DNA of 64,000 nt from Trichodelitschia bisporula (taxonomy: Eukaryota). Made by a program: the position numbers and the translations under genes. The stretch spans positions 1,444,691-1,508,690 of the forward strand of contig ML996689.1 of NCBI GenBank assembly GCA_010356995.1, in the 5' to 3' direction. Each line of letters opens with the position of its first letter. The stretch's first letter is position 1. Below are positions 1 to 14,228 of the stretch, piece by piece. The notes below the pieces were generated by a model that worked only from the letters and a program-made list of their open reading frames with translations, did no database searches and was not told the DNA's origin.

Positions 1-1049
1 GTGTGGCAGCGTAGCTTGGCATATGCAGTGCAGGGGTGGCTGGAGATGAGGATGGCGTGGTGGGCCCAGGCCTCAGTATCAACCGTGGTAGTTTCTCTCC
101 CGGCCGCTGTGTACTGTAGTGAGGCGAGTGAGGAAAAGGCAGAGGGCGAGGGAGCGAGATGGCGAGAGGTGTAAGAAGAGGAGGCCTGTCAAAACGTGTT
201 GCCATGTGAGAGACGCATTTTGGTCCGAACCCTCTCTACTCTCTATCAACACTCTCGCTCATTTCTCACTCTTTCCATATCCCTACAGAGTAGCACTAAG
301 GCTCTCCACTCTCCCTCCCTCTATCTGCCCTTTTCACCCTCTCCCCGCTCTTCATGGGCCATTAAAATCCTTCTCCTAGTTCTCTGTCCACCCGCTTCAC
401 ATTCATATTCATCACCCTCTTCATCCAACCATCTTCTTCCGCTCTCTCATAAACCCTAGTCTACAGATGCCCCAAATCTCTTGCGCCAACAAACCCGCTG
501 AGCCCATCCCGTAGGCCGAACTGTATCCCTCCAACGCCCAGTAAGTGGGCCTGTTCGCCGCCGCCGCCCGCCCACCCGTCGTCTCCCCCCCCCCTCCACT
601 CTGATCTCTCGCATGCTTTTCCCACCCGCTCTCCTTCCGCTGGCCTCGAAGCTGGTTTTATTAATAGCAACCCTTACCCAGCCCAGCCCTTTCCACAATC
701 CACCACACTCCTGCACGTAGTTTCCGTACTTTCTTCCGTCGGTATAGACCTCACACACAGAGCCGCCTCACGTCACATACCCGGGATAATACCCCAACGT
801 AGAGAAGAGAGGCAGCTGCGGTTCTGCTGTCCAAGCTCTGCTTTTATCTACACATACCCTCCCTTTTTGCAATCCCCGAACGCGCTTGTCTTGCGTCGCT
901 TGTCACAGGCCCACCAGCAACATCACCGCCTCTCTCCCCTCCACGGACCATCGCACCCCTCCGTTTATCCTTCGGCCTTACTGTCTTGCACTTCCGCCAT
1001 CGCTAGGACACTGTCGCGCATGCGCATTTCACACCGGTGAACTGTCATC

Positions 1050-1950
1050 ATGGGCCGACGGAAGATTGAGATCAAGGCCATCAAGGACGACCGTAATCGT
1101 TCAGTGTAAGTTTCCAACCTGACGTGGCATCGCGCGCGCGCGATGTGGGACGAACACTCTCTGATCTCTTTTCTTTTGCCAATAGAACTTTCCTCAAGCG
1201 CAAAGGCGGTCTCTTCAAAAAGGCGCATGAGTTGTCCGTACTCTGCTCTGTTGACGTTGCTGTCATCATTTTCGGCCACAACAAGAAGCTGTATGAGTTT
1301 TCGTCTGGAGATATTAATGAGACTCTGGGGCGGTATTCATATGTATGTCAGGTCAGTGTTCTGGACATCGTGAGTGCAGCGTGCTGATGGAAGAATAGTA
1401 TGGCGTTCCCCACGAGCACAAAGGCCCGGAGGATTTCATGGGAAAGAAGGAGGCCGACGATGAGGACGACGACGATGACGCGCCGCTACGGGATGTGTCG
1501 GGCTCTCCTCCAAAGGAAGCACCGATGATACCCCGCCATCTGCAAAATCCAGCATTCCAGACCATGGGCACACCTTCGGCCTCTCCCCCAACCCAGAATG
1601 GCACTTTCCACCACCGCCCTTCTCCGCAGCCACAGCACATCTCGCGCCCGGGATCAAGGGCACATATGCGGATGCCGAGCTCAAATCTAGTCCCCCAGCA
1701 CTCCTCTACCCATCTCCAAGTTTCTCAGCCGCAGCCGTCTTCACAACCGAGCTACGCCTACATCCCGAATCCGCCCATTTACAACCCACAAGCTGCAGCC
1801 GGCATGCAAATGAGGCCGCAGCCAGGCCCGCCCCATCCTGGACAGCCGCAACCACCGCAGTTTATGTTCACGCAACCCCACCATCCGCAGCATCATCCGC
1901 AGCACCCGCAAGTCCCCCGACCTCCGCACATTGCGCAGCAGCAACATCAG

Positions 1951-1988
<38 letters not shown>

Positions 1989-3054
1989 TCAACAGCAGCA
2001 TCAACAGCAGCAACAGCAGCAGCAGCAAATGCACCAGCAGCATCAGCAACAGCAGGCTCAGCACCAGCAAGTACAGCAAGCCCAGCAAGCTTATCAGCAG
2101 GAGCAGCAGCGTAGACAGTCTACTCCGTCTTCGCATCCGCCTCAGCAACCGCAAGAACAACGATCGAACCCCCCTCCCGTACCTTCTCCGCAACCCCCGC
2201 AAGCCCAGTTCCAGAGTTCTCCACTATTGCAGCCAAAAGCACTCCCTGCTTCGTTCAAAACACATAGCATCTTTACACCCATAGATGACAGTCGGTCTTT
2301 GCTGGCCCAGCACTGGGGCAACACCAGCACAGCTGACGTTAAGGTGGACCTCCAAAGTCAGAAAGCGGATAGTGGTCCGCGCTCCCAGTCTATTGATATC
2401 GGAAGCATAAACCGCAGCCAAGCAGAGGCCAATGGTTCTCATCCGCATCCCATCATTACTAGTCACCCTCCCGCTGTACCACAACGGACAGCATCTACCC
2501 CCGTCGTCCCGACCATCAATCCCCCAAGCCGCACGAATAGCTTGCAGGCTGGGGCCCGTCGTCCAGTGCTCAAGGTTCAGATCCCCAACGAACCTGAGAG
2601 CGCCAAGTCGAGCTCTCCTGCGACAGCAGCGGCGACGGCCCAAATGACACCTATCCGTGAAAACGGACCAGTGCTTCTACCGCCACCCTCACCGAGCGCC
2701 AGCGCTCTGCTAAGCGCCGGTGCCACTGGTCCGCCGAATCCCTTCGCCAGACCGCCGCCTCCGTCGAGTAATGGCGAGAGGTACGGAAGAGGCGATAGTC
2801 GAAACGGGGAGATGGACACTCCTATGTCCGCTCTCCCAAGTAGATTCGTGTCCGACCAGTTGTTGCCCAGCCCTTCCTCATTCTATCCCGACTGGCCGTT
2901 TAGGGACTCGAACATGCTTCCGAGTCCTCTGAACTTCACGACGCCGCTTCTGCCCAACCCGCCAGACTTCAAAGTCAGAATGGAAGAGGACGAGCGGAAA
3001 CGGAAGGCGGAGGCAGATGCTGGGCCTGGAGCGGAGAAGAGGATAAAGACTTGA
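1050..3054 (+). CDS. rlmA: MEF2-type MADS-box transcription factor (RlmA/Rlm1-like); introns 1106-1185, 1343-1398
   Basis: Spliced N-terminus [48 protein letters not shown] is a MADS box; Q/P-rich middle; C-terminal [18 protein letters not shown] and PSPLNF motifs. Confidence 0.93.
1936..2109 (+). repeat. CAG/CAA/CAT polyglutamine tract in RlmA coding sequence
   Basis: Imperfect cagcaacagcag run encoding [26 protein letters not shown]... Confidence 0.9.
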
Positions 3055-4635
3055 TCTATCCGGTTGGCGTCGAGCCACCGCGGCAGTTGGTTCTCATTTC
3101 AGGCTCGCTCTTGGAGTTAGATATGGTATACCCTGGACAGGAGTTAGTTCCTTCGCTTTCCATCTCTTGGTGTGTCCGAAATCTTACGAGGCATCTATGA
3201 GACATGTGCGCTTCTCTTCTTCATTGGTGTGGTGGTTTGTCATTATTATGAAACTTTTTTTTGGGCGGCTATTCTCAGCTTTGTGATGGTTTTGTTGAGA
3301 GTTTTGTCCGACGATGATGCCTTGTTCGCGTTACAGTGCGGAATGAACTGTCACTTCCATCGGAAACTGGAATGGAAGCTTTACTGTGAGAGGACCGAGA
3401 TGTGCAAGTAGGAAAAGGCAGTTGCTTCTCTGAGGAATGGGAGCAATAGAAATCAGTATGAATACCAGCAAAGAGGTGCCATGGCACGCTGCTACTTGTC
3501 TTTTGTGGGGTTGCTTGGTGACTGGTACGGCTACGTCAGGCTGTTCCATTCCAGCCTTGCGGCATCGGAATGTCAGTGCCGACTGCCGGAGCAGCCTCCG
3601 TGGATGCCTGATCGCTACTTCCTAAAAGGGACAGGAATGTCGGGACGGCATTCCCTTGCCCCAATATCTATCCGCGAAGCCCAGCGTTCGGGAAAGATAG
3701 GGGGAAACGAGCACACCGAAAGCGTATAAAGGCACTTAATAGCCTTCAAACCCTGGAAAGAAAGGTTCAGTAATTAGCAGACATAAGTTTGTACGAGCTT
3801 GCGCGTTAAAGCACCGCCGCAATATCAAGGGCATTAGAACTAATATCGCAGACAATCCTTCGAGTCCGCGCAATCAATGCGGCGGGCCTGGCAAACCGAG
3901 GTGCTGGGCAAGCAGCTTTCACCGGTTCTGCAATATGCGACGCATGGTATTGCTAGGGGTGGCCTCGGGATGCGGACAGTGGGTTACTGGTACTTTCAAA
4001 ACGCCATCCTTAGATATTCTGCAACAAAGCCCCCGTTCGTGTACCCGAGGCGAGAAGCATCTCCCGCCGTCCCCATGCCCCCGCCCACCCACGTTACTTT
4101 AACTACAGCGCAGTCGCCGGGCCGCGTGCGCCACAACGCGCCGCCACAAGCGGTTCCCGGCTAGAACTAGGTGTCGCGGTGCTGCGGCGGCTGACGGGGT
4201 TTCAGCCCGCTCAGCTGCGGATGCGGAGAGCGGGGGGGCGCATGAAGAGAAGGTGAGGGGGCAGCTGAATCTGCAGGTGTGACGGGGAATGGATGTGAAT
4301 GCTGGCGGGGATGACTGGGCTCGCTGTCTTCATAACCTTCGCTGAGGAGCTGGACCTTGACTCCTACTTTTTCGCTGCTCGCTCGTTCAATCTCGACTAC
4401 GGATGTACTGTGCGTGTACTGTAGATCGTAGGTTCGTAACGTCGTGACCGGTAGCTTCCTCCGCCAAGGCACTGCCCCGCTTCCACTGTGCTATCCTAGT
4501 CGCAACACCGACGACGAGCGCCTTCGTCAGCCGCACTAGGCGACTGTTCTTAGACCGCTGGATCTAGTACATCTGTAGCCTCTCTGCCTCGTCGAGGACA
4601 TAACTTCCCTATCCTCACCATCCCCAGCGGCAACC

Positions 4636-6060
4636 ATGGCCTACAACAAGCGCTACAACCCCGACGCCCTCCCCGCGCACGTCGAGCCGGAGCAGGCACG
4701 TCCTCCCCCCCCCACCTCAACCCCCATCTAACCCTCCCTCCAGGCCGCCGCCATCCTCGGCGGCTCCTACCAACAGCAACAGCAACAGCAACAACCCCCC
4801 CAACAACCTCACCAACCCCCCCGCACCTCGTCGCAAAACAAACCCCCCGCCCCCCTCCCCAACTCCGCCCTCCGCCCCCAACCCCAAGGCCCAGACCCGC
4901 GCTACGGGTACAGCTCCTACGGTCCCCCCCCCCAGCAGGGCGGTGGTTCGGGCGGGAATAGCCCGCGCTGGGACAGTACCGGCCCGGGACAGGGGCGCGG
5001 CAGCCCGCGCTACGGACCCGGCGGACCCGGCGGACCTGGCGGCCCGCCCCCGGGCCCCGACCCGCGGTACCAGGACTACGGGCAGAGTCCGCCGCCGCAG
5101 AGCTATGGGTATGGAAGAGGTGGGGGTGGGGCGCCGCCGCCGGGCGGGCATGGCCGTCCGCCGGTGAGTAATCGGCCGCCGCCGACGCCGGCGCCGAAGG
5201 ATGGGAATGATCGCGAGGCGTTGTGGCCGCTGTTTCGGGCGGTGGATAAGGATGGTGAGTGGTGATGCTGGGTTGGGGAACGGGGGGCTGATAAGTATAG
5301 GGAGTGGACAGTTGAGTGAGCGGGAGTTGAGGGCGGCGCTGGTTAATGGGGATTGGTCGCCGTTTGATTCGCATACAGTGAAAATGATGATAAGGTGCGT
5401 TTGGTAGGATATGATGGGAGGGAGGCTTACGGTGTAGGATGTTCGACGCCGATCGCTCTGGCTCCATCAGCTTCGACGAGTTCTGGTGCGTTGCTCCCGT
5501 CCGTCCCTAACCCCCCTAGTTTGGTCCTTTTGATATTAGCACGAAGCGCGCAGCGAGCGAGCGAGCATGGCTACTAACCTCCTCCCCACCTCCATAGCGG
5601 CCTCTGGGGCTTCCTCGCCGCGTGGCGCAACCTGTTCGACCGGTTCGACGTCGACCGCAGCGGCAACATTTCGTACACGGAGTTCACGGAGGCGCTGGTT
5701 GCGTTTGGCTATAGGCTGAGCGCGAACTTTGTCAGCCTTCTGTTTCGCACGTATGACCGGCGGGGCGAGGGGGCTATGAGCTTCGATCTGTTTGTGCAGG
5801 CGTGCATCAGTCTGAAGCGCATGACGGATGTGTTTAAGAAGTATGATGATGATCGAGATGGGTATATTACGCTGAGCTTGTGAGTTGCTTTTTCCCGGAG
5901 ATTGAGAGGGGTTGGGGAGAAGTGTGTTTTTTTTTGCTAACGGGGTTGGCTTGGATAGCGAGGAGTTTCTCATAGGTGCGCAATCACTTTTTCTCATGAA
6001 CAGCATCTCCTCCACGACTGATACTGGAGTCTATTAGAGATAATACGGCAAATGGATTGA
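4636..6060 (+). CDS. PEF1: Penta-EF-hand protein (peflin/Pef1); introns 4696-4743 (GC-AG), 5255-5300, 5395-5437, 5486-5597, 5880-5958, 5976-6037
   Basis: Spliced product MAYNKRYNPDALP, then Gly/Pro-rich region, then LWPLFRAVDKDGSGQLSERELRAALVNGDW, FDADRSGSISFDEF, FDRFDVDRSGNISYTEF, YDDDRDGYITLSFEEFL; absent from the ORF track because of introns. Confidence 0.92.
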
Positions 6061-6529
6061 TGACCGAGGCGTTCTACGGTGGGGTGGTGGTTCCGGGTGG
6101 GTTTGGATGGGAGATGGGTTGGGATGGCGAGGGTGGGGGGTAGGGGCAGAGGTCCGAAGGCGGTGGTTTTTCGTGATCTAGACTCGGGATTTCAGCTTGT
6201 CCGTCTGGCTATTTGCCCTCAAATACTGTACCCTACATGTTTACGTCATACGGGTTGTGCTGGAACACGTGGCTGATGAGAGCTGTGTCAGTTGCCCACG
6301 CGTTGCTAGTCCCGGGCTCCATACTCTCGCATGGCCGAATGCTAGGTACCACCTGTTCTCAATGCGGCAAGCAACTGGTAATTCACGAAGGATTGATCAT
6401 GAGCCGATAGTCAGGCTTACACGCTTTTGCGATCCGTTACAATTCTATGCCCAATGCCAACCCAACCCAAAGTACAGGGTATATCCCAAGATGCAAATCA
6501 TACCCAAGGAAACAGTCCGGCGCCCTAGC

Positions 6530-8725
6530 TCAAACCTTCTCCCTCTTTACCCCCCTTTCCTCCTCCTCCTCCGGCAAAATCAAAGACACAGGACTCCTCG
6601 GCTCCTCTCCAGGGACCGCCTTCTCCAAATCCCCATGCGCAGCAGTGGGACTGGTCGGGCTCGTCGGACTCAAGACGCCGCTGCCACGCGACCGCCTCGC
6701 CGAGCGTATATCCTTCAACTCCTGCTTCTTCTCCGCCTCACTTTGCAGGCCCGTGCGGGTAACCTTGTGCTCCTTCCCCAACGTCTGCCGCGTAATGAGG
6801 AACGAAACCAGTAACCCGAACGCCGAGAAAGCAGTGTACATGATCCACATGTCCTTCAGGGCGTTGGCGAAGATAGCGCGCACGGCAACCTTCTGGGCCT
6901 CCGGCAGGGCGTTCACGATGCCGACGTTGGCGCCGGCATTGAAGCCGCCGAGGCGGGCCGCGAGTTTGGGGCCCAGGATGCGGACTAGATCGCCCTGCTG
7001 CTTGAGCATTTTGTTCTGGAACACGACGGCTCCGATGACGACGGACGTGGCGGTGCTGATGTTGCGCGTGAACTGGAAGGTAGCGGTCGCCGCCGCAATA
7101 TGTTGCGGGTTGATCAGGGACTGGAGCGCAATAAGTGGGGCCTGGAAGAGCGGGCCTACACCTGTTGCGCCGACGATTTGGTAGAGGATGATTTTGGCCC
7201 AGGAGGAATTGGGGTCGAGGTCGATGAGCAGACCGAAGCCGAGGGTCATGAGGAAGAGGCCGGCGTAGATGGGCGGGAGGTACTTGCCCGTCTTGCGGAT
7301 GTAGATGCCGGTGAAGGCGGAGGAGAAGGAGAGCGGGAGGGCCAGGGCGAGGGTGTACACGCCGGAGAGGATGGGGGTTGCGCCGAGGCAGGCCTGGAAG
7401 AAGAGCGGGAGGTAGTAGGACATGCCGATGAAGGCGAAGCCGTGGCAGAAGCAGACGCCCAGGCAGGCGATGTTGGAGCGCGCCTTAAAGATGTGGAGCG
7501 GGATTACGGGTGACGGTGCGATGAAGTACTCGTTGACGAGGAAGAGACAGATGGTCACGATGCCGAAGACGAGGAGGCAGATGACTGTCGCTGAACCCCA
7601 GGGGTGTGTGATGCCGCCGAATTCCAGGCCGAAAAGTAGCATGAGGGTGCCCCCGACAACGGACGTAGAGCCGAGCCAGTCGATGGCCTTGAGGCCTGCA
7701 ACGACTGGTGTGCGCGGTGTATGTAGGTCGTTGAGTTGGAATAAAATGATGAAGAAGGCGGCGCCGTCCAGCGGCAGGTTGATGTAGAAGCACCAGCGCC
7801 AGCTGACCTTTTGGGTGAAAGCACCTCCAAGCAACGGCCCCATTGCACTGGCAAGAGCCCATACGCCGCCAATCATTCCGTAGTAGGCACCGCGGGACCT
7901 ATATTACACATGATATTAGCCCTGGAACCTTGGTTACGAAGCGAAGCGCCTTGCGTAACCTGAAAGGGGACGTCAACATAAGGAGTCCAACATACCTCAT
8001 GCTAAACAAGTCTCCGATACAAATGTTGACAAGCACGATCAACCCGCCTCCACCTATACCTTGCAATGCACGCGCAGCTATCAACATGGCGATGTTGACC
8101 GACACTGCTGCTAGCAGCGAGCCGACGAAGAAAACGATGTTAGCAATTAGAAGGATGGGCTTGCGCCCAAAGATGTCGGACACTTTGCCCCATATCGGTG
8201 TTGTTGAGGCGGATCCGAGCAAGTAGGCTGAACCGATCCAGGTGTAGCCTGTGGTTGACTTGAAATGCTCGGCAATGGTTGGCAAGGCCGTTGTGATGAT
8301 AGTCTCGGAATTTAGCTGGTGTTCTAATCAAGTTACGAACCGCGACTTACAGTGTCAAGCGCAGCGAGAAAAACGGCCATCTACACATGTCAGTCTCAAC
8401 TCTATTCACGCGCAAGCGGAATCGGCAAGCTCACGCATAACGAGCTCATGATCAAGGCGGTAGCAGTTTTACTCCTGCGCGCCTCTGGCGCATCATCGAC
8501 AGCGGCAACATCGTGCACTGGGGCGTCCCCCGGTACAGGAACAGCGATATTAGATTCGGATTCTGCAATTGATGAAGCGGGTTTGGAAGCATCATGCCCA
8601 GCTTCCTTGTTGTGGGGTGCGCCGGGAACCTCCGCAGGAACGGTTGCGGGGTTGGTCCCATTCGGCGCAGAGGTGTCGTGCGCGCCATGTGCGGAGGCGC
8701 CGCCCAGCTCTTTCGCATCCGCCAT
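6530..8725 (-). CDS. MFS drug/toxin efflux transporter, DHA2 (14-TM) type; 3 introns
   Basis: [64 protein letters not shown] motifs. Confidence 0.92.
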
Positions 8726-10483
8726 GACAGCTCTGGGGAGAGGAAAAGGAGAGGCGGAATAAAATAGGCGGCAAAAGATTCACGGCACGCGCGAGGAGAG
8801 AGACGCGGAAGTGGAAAGCAGAAGAAGGGAGGGAAGAGAAAGGACAAAGAGACCCAAGGCGCTAGAATCGGCCGCATGCTCGATTTTGAACCAAGCCTTT
8901 AAGGTTGACACCTTGATTCGAAGCCTGAATCGAATAAGCGGACAGATTCTTTGCGCAAACAGCCGTGCGAACGCCTTGAAAGCCTGCGAGCGTCGGCTCC
9001 GAGGGCACGAGGGGGTCCCAGCATGTGCGGCATCATTGCCGCCACAGCAGGGCCATGACCGCCTCCATGTCGTCTACGGGATCTCGTCCTGGACCGCCAT
9101 CGGGATCATCGACGCGAGGGTGTTAAAAGGAGTTGTTTTGGACATCACCGCATCTTCAGTATTTGTTTTGGTCCCTGGTCTTTAGCCATGAGGTAGAGTC
9201 ATTATTTGATCGCATATGGGATGTCGTTGGAATAAGCGAAGCACATTGATTGAGGGTTCGTGATGGGGGAGGGACTCAAGACGGGGTGCTGGGGAACGAA
9301 CCCCTCTTTCCAACTCTCCCATCCCCTTGCACTGGCGTCTGCTGGCGTCTGCGCCCGCTCTCGCTTGCTTCCTCTCCCGCACGCGTTTCGAAGCCGAGGA
9401 CCCGAGACGACTTCCACCCCCTGTCCTGCCAGCCCGCCACCAACTCCCAAGAGTCACCGGAAAAGGTTGTGGCTGCACCGGTCTGCAAAACCGCCCAGGT
9501 GGGGCGGCCATGACTTTTTGTCGGGTGGTCTTTCAACCATGCCGAACAGCGGTCGGATGAATTATGTTCCGCAAACGTCCATACAACTCCGGTCCCGGCC
9601 CCGAGCTGTCTCGACCTTTGGTTTGAAATCAGTTGCCTTCACACTCGCGGCCGTCTCCGATTTGTATCACCCTCGGACTCGGAGGATTGGAGTTTGTGCG
9701 ACCGGATGGACTCTGCACCTGGGTTTGACGATGTCGCGCTGGCCACACCCATGTACCTCCTGCCTGTCAGAGAGATGCCGTGTTGCCCGGAAAAATGCCT
9801 TCGTCAAGGCTAGTGAGCAGCACTTCCCTGCCTTGCGATCAGTTGGGGACAAGATCTTTGGGAGAGGATTTACCGAGAATGGAAATGCTTCTCTTACTTA
9901 CTCGACCGCTTCCAGGCCTCCACACTTAAGAGCGATAAGTCCGACAGGATGCACCTGGTAGGCAGCAACTCCATCATCATCCTGTGGTCCATCATACCGG
10001 CTGGCCGCTGGCATCTGCTTCATGCACCGAAAGCCTGCAGTCGGCACCCATTCAGCCGACGGGCATCAAACGACAACAGTCATTTGAAAAGTATCCGTTG
10101 ACAGCGGATAGTTTGAACGGGATGGCCGATGTAGCATAGTGATTGGCCATCGTGCTGGATGAGATTTCCGTCCTGGAGTCGCATATCATGTGACGGATTC
10201 ATCTTCAAACTTTCAGCCGATTGAAGCGACACGACTTGACAACCCTGCGCCGAGAATTTTCATTGACATGATGAACAGCATGATTTGATGGCAGTGATGA
10301 AAAACATGATGAGGTTAGGGAATTGGCGTCTCTTATCTAACTGATGTACATTCGGTAAGCCCCGTGCACTATTTGTTCCTTCCAAGAAGACCCTGGCCAC
10401 TGGCCCTTTACATTAGGATACCAACGCATCACAGCTGACGGGATAAGCACTATATTCAAGAGACCACTCAAGCTCCATTGCCC

Positions 10484-12195
10484 TCAAGCCGCCACCCGCA
10501 ACCTCAACTTCATGCCGTTGAGCGGCTTGATCGTGATGTTGCCCAGCATGAACGGTACTTCGTCCGGATCGGCCATTTCCATCTCAAAGGTGTGCACGAA
10601 TGCCGCAAGCATCGACCTGAACTCCGCCCTGGCAAATCCCTGGCCGATGCAAGAGCGAGCACCATGCGAAAACGTCGCATTAGCGTAGACGCTGCTTGCA
10701 CCTCCCGTCTTGTTCGCCTTTCCTGTCTCAGGATCAATCCAGCGCTCCGGGATGAATTCCTCTGCCGTCGGGCCCCAGAGGTCCGGGGATCTGTTGATGA
10801 CATAATTGTTGATGACAACATATGTACCTTTCAGCACGGGGTATCCCAAAATGCTAGTATCCCGGACAGCCATGCGGAAGTTCTGATGGACAGGGGGATA
10901 AAGACGGAGGCTCTCATTCAACACGGCGTTGAGCAGCGGCAAATGCTCCATGGAAGACATCGCCTCATTCTGATGAGCCGGATCCAGCGACACATTGGCG
11001 CGTATCTCATCCCTGAGACGCTTCTGAATGCCTGGATGCTTCGCAAGATGATATACCGCCCAAACGAATGCCGCAGCCGTGGTCTCATGCCTTTCAGATC
11101 AGCTTTTGCCTGGGAAAACCAAGAGACTTACCCTGCCGCGACGAACGTCAAAAGGTGGTCAGTCATCTCGTCATCCGTGTACATGTTGGAGTTGATCATC
11201 TTGCTCAGGATGTCCGGGGACTCTTCGCCGCTGGCCTTCATATTTGCCCTCTTTTCGCGCAACATCTCGAAGCAGAGGCGTCGCGATTCGGCACAACGAT
11301 CAGAAATGCGGCGATCCTCAACTGGGAGAACTACGCTTGCAACCCAGCGGGGAAAAAGTATGTTTAAACTGAGTACAGCCTTGATCATTGTGTTTGGCGT
11401 AGACATATACTGGTAGACGCGACCTAGGGGATCGTCATTGTGGTGCAGAGTGTTGAAATCGTGCCCCGTCAACGCCATGCCAATTGTATCCAGGGCCATA
11501 AAGCTGGCCAGAGGGGAAACATCGACAACACCGGATGGCAGTTTTTCGTTCGCCGGGCTTTGTTCCTGGAGTTTGGAGAGGATCACCTCACTGAAGCTGA
11601 GAGCCTTACCCCAGAACACCGGATAGAGATCCTTAACCTGGCGGAATCCGAAGTACGGATTGAGGATCTTGCGCTGATACTTGTGTAGGTCGCCTTCGGT
11701 GACAATCAGTCCCTCGCCAAGTATCCGGTGCAAGGTCGAGCGTGCTTTTGGAGCCTTTTCGAAGTCGTAAGACTTTGTCACCAGAACCTCACAGATGGAC
11801 TTGGCGTTCGTGATTATTAGGCTTTCCGTGTTCCAGAAATTCCATAGGCGAATGAGCCCGTCGTTGGGCACGGTCTTGACGAATCTGAGGTAGTCCCTAC
11901 ATGGCGGGGTCTGGAAACGAGCATAGACATGTCCGATCACGGGGAGTCCACCCTCTATGGTCAGCATCGGACGGTGAGACGTGGGAGTTCTTACTGGCGC
12001 TGTTGGCAAGTGGCGGAGAGGGCTGACGAAATGAGGATAGATCTGATAGTTGTACAGGAACCAGACAAATGTGGTGGCTGCTAACACAGGGCTGAAAAGC
12101 TTGAAGAAAGGCGTCTCTTCAAAGTGACCGAAGGCCTTAAGCCCTGTGCTAATACCAGATGAAAGGGTAAGGAGGACAAGTGTTGCGTGGGCCAT
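10484..12195 (-). CDS. Cytochrome P450; introns about 11994-11953 and 11131-11091
   Basis: N-terminal hydrophobic anchor, I-helix AAGHET (spliced), ESLR (ExxR), PERW, heme motif FSHGARSCIG. Confidence 0.93.
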
Positions 12196-12723
12196 TGTGA
12201 CGGAGATGCGGGGATGAGAGAGCATCAAGACCACATGGCCTCTGCGAGCTTATGTATTCCTCATAACGTACGCTCTTCATGTGTCGGGTGGCTCCTAACG
12301 TTGTGAAATCCAACAGTGTTGGATATGCCTTTGAGGGCCATATCTTCACATGTGCAGGTTATTGAAGGCGCGAGATAAGGTACCCTTGGGCAGAGAATAC
12401 CCGTAGCTGTCTGATGGCCCAAACCAACGCTTCAAAGCTTTATCTTTCGAATATGAAAGGTCAGTACGAGCAGACTGCGCCGAGCCATTGGCTACGCCCC
12501 GAAGTTGAAGCTGCCAAAGGGAATCAAAGGGCAGGGTTGGGATCTGTTGGATCCAACACCAACAAGCGCCGACAGGCTGAGATTGCGATGCGGGCATCTG
12601 AGTGGTGCAAAGGTTGCTTACATAACTTTACAGCCTCAGGCAGAAGCATCAACATTGACGTGCCCCTTGTCAGCTTTCACAACGACGACGACGGCCGTTA
12701 CTTCGACCACTCCCCAGGCAAAG

Positions 12724-14228
12724 ATGGGCCTCGCCTGGAAGTCAATCGTTGTTCCTGCTGTACTTTTGTTGATCTTTTTCCTTTCATTCACCTCTCAAAT
12801 TCTGTTTCTTTATATTGAGCCCCAACCACTGGAGCGGAACGAAGTTGTGTTGTTTAATAGCCTGCTCGCGTGTCTGCTAATCTGCTATGCTCGCGCCATA
12901 CGAACAGACCCCGGAAGTGTGCCAGTAGACTGGGCTAAACGTATCCCTGGCTCAGAGGACGAACCAATTGCTGGTGGAGGATCACAGAATCCTTCTCGAC
13001 AGCGATGGTGCCGAAAGTGCAAAATGTTGAAGCCGCCGCGGGCTCACCATTGTAAAACATGTCAAAAGTTGGACCTCCCTCATTATGTCGACTTTGGGAG
13101 AGGAGCTCAACTCATTCGTCTGTAGATGCATCCCGAAGATGGACCACCATTGTCCGTGGACCCTTAATTGCGTGTCTCACACTACGTTTCCGCACTTTAT
13201 ACGATTCGTCTTGTACTGTGTAGTAACCATGTCGTATCTCGAGTACTTTCTCTATGTCAGGGCTGGTATTGTCTGGGAAAGCAGACATCTCCCAAGCGTT
13301 CGTCTCCAATTCGTGCTCCTACATCACGCCGCATACTAACAGAGGCAGTACTACGGTCCATCGGTGTTCCAGCTGTCTCACCTATTCGCTCTTGTGACAC
13401 TGAACTCCTTTACACTCTTCATGCTCACTATCCTCCTGATCCGCTCCCTGTGGTGCCTCGTAGTCAACACGACCACCATCGAAGGCTGGGAAATCGAACG
13501 ACACGAAACCCTCGTCCGCCGAGCCCGCTACCTAGGCGGCTGTCTCAACGGGCCAGACGGCATCCGAATCCGCATCACCAAGCAAGAATTCCCCTACGAC
13601 ATCGGTATCTGGCGCAACATCGTCCAGGGCATGGGCACCAGCAACGTACGTACTCCAATGGCCTCGCGCCATACACTAACACGCCCCCAGCCTCTAGCCT
13701 GGTTCTGGCCCTTCGCAGCCACGCCGTCCGTCGAAAGCAGTCTCTCGTATGAGACCAATGGCTTCGAAGGTACTTTGATCTGCTTGACTTCTTTTTCGCT
13801 CCTCTCTTGCTTGACCCTGCTAACCTCCCACCCTAGACCCATCAATCGGCTGGCCCCCCCCAGACCCAGACCGCATCCCCCGCGTCCCACGCCCAGCAAG
13901 CGGACCTCCCGCCCCCTCCACTCACCAGGGATCCTCCGAAGTCGCCTCCTTCCGCAAGCGCCAGGCAGAGAACATGAAGCGGTGGCGCGACTCCCCCACC
14001 GTCCGGCGGCGGCAACCCTTCCATGCGCGCTACGAGGCGAACCGTGAGTTCTCGGACTACGGGGGGTCGAGCGAGGAGGAGGAAGTGGATGAAGGGGAGG
14101 AGGCGTGGCGGAATTCGGAGGGTGAGAGACTGCAGGACTTTGGGGTGGATGAGGAGGTGGAGTTTTATGATGAGGATGAGGATGATATTCCGCTTGCGGA
14201 GTTGATGAGGAGGAGGAGGGGGCGGTAA
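12724..14228 (+). CDS. PFA4: DHHC palmitoyltransferase (Pfa4-like); 4 introns
   Basis: [49 protein letters not shown], C-terminal WRNSEGERLQDFGVDE...DDIPLAEL. Confidence 0.9.

Noticed and set aside
4550..5467. 305-aa minus-strand ORF
   Set aside because: Antisense to the GC-rich PEF1 exon; low-complexity product
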